DNA of 63,943 nt, counting the filler, from Lama guanicoe (Eukaryota): the NCBI GenBank assembly GCA_013239625.1. It is 74 parts of 71 records of this genome, joined end to end, with 100 filler letters (N's around TTAATTAATTAA, not from the genome) between each part and the next. Parts side by side here need not be neighbours in the genome. Positions count along the whole stretch, not along the records: positions 63,213 to 63,943 come from PNXV01009753.1; 73 more parts are not named here. One strand, 5' to 3'. The position numbers were made by a program, and so were the translations under genes. Below, one piece after another: positions 63,113 through 63,943 of this stretch (the stretch's first letter is position 1; every line of letters begins with the position of its first letter). Under the pieces are notes generated by a model. It was not told the DNA's origin, searched no databases, and saw only the letters and a program-made list of their open reading frames with translations.

Positions 63113-63943
63113 NNNNNNNNNNNNNNNNNNNNNNNNNNNNNNNNNNNNNNNNNNNNTTAATTAATTAANNNNNNNNNNNNNNNNNNNNNNNNNNNNNNNN
63201 NNNNNNNNNNNNTACTAACAGAGTCAGGATGGTACCTAGAGTGAAATTTTCCCTAAGGGAGAAATTTGTAAAGCCCTAGGGTGACTGAGGCCTACATAAA
63301 ATACATTCTCTGGTGGGTGAATGATGACTAAAATTATCTTTAATAAAACTAAAGCCTCTCTTTTCACCATTAGAAGTGAGTCCAAAATGAGCCCTCCTTC
63401 CATAATGGATAATGAAGTTTCACATTCATTTTGAGGCATCAGTGACACATAGCAGGGCTTTTCTTGACAGTGTATTTTGATGTTTAAGAAGGCAGCAATA
63501 GTAAGATGAATACACATTTGAGAAACACCAATATTTGATAAATTATTCCTTGAAAGAGAAGAAATTAGAGCATATTTAAACTTCTTCACTAGTGTTTTAC
63601 CGGTGTCCGGCTGATTGCCCAGACTCTGATGTGAGGTCATAATGATCAGGACAGAGGCACAGAGAATCTGGCTGGAGTTATTGGGGGTGGTCAAAGGGCT
63701 ATGAGGGAACCATGACCCTCACCAGTTAAGGAAAAAGAAAAAAGAGTGACTTCTTCCAAGGTATATTAGACTGCCTATGGGATTCCCTAAGTGTATAACA
63801 TCACACTTTTAGGGACTTATTTATAAAATAAGTCATTCCTCCACCTCCTGTTCATGACATGGACAGATTGACTCAGATACCATACACTAAGCATGTTGTA
63901 AAATGTAGATCAACTGGGTTCTCTTTACCTTAGTTTGAAAGCA

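Noticed and set aside
907..63168. Regularly recurring palindrome TTAATTAATTAA with unique intervening sequences, superficially CRISPR-like or cassette-like
   Set aside because: Always embedded in exactly 44 N on each side; an assembly linker in mammalian DNA with no cas or integrase genes
63236..63694. 152-aa minus-strand ORF
   Set aside because: Non-ATG start, no recognisable domain or splice context

Overview
This is not one genomic locus. The window is a concatenation of about 74 short (roughly 0.2-1.5 kb) unplaced mammalian assembly fragments, joined by an artificial 100-bp linker (N44-TTAATTAATTAA-N44, stop codons in all six frames), so adjacency across linkers has no biological meaning. 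The source is a placental mammal, probably a camelid (inferred from a Vic-1-like tRNA-derived SINE and cetartiodactyl-type L1 ends). Repeats dominate: a 7-bp/63-bp AT-rich satellite, a ~267-bp satellite with two subfamilies, two related ~250-bp satellites, a >=1.4-kb multicopy unit, degenerate (TCC)n arrays, and L1, L2 and MIR pieces. The only recognisable genes are two antigen-receptor V segments, each apparently disabled by one visible lesion: a TRAV21-like segment with a CTCAGTG heptamer, and an IGLV3-family gene with an in-frame TGA. I found no supportable novel multi-gene system. The best leads are satellite architecture, an L1 5'UTR-to-3'-end fusion with an inverted 36-bp junction, and a SINE present in intact and internally deleted forms.
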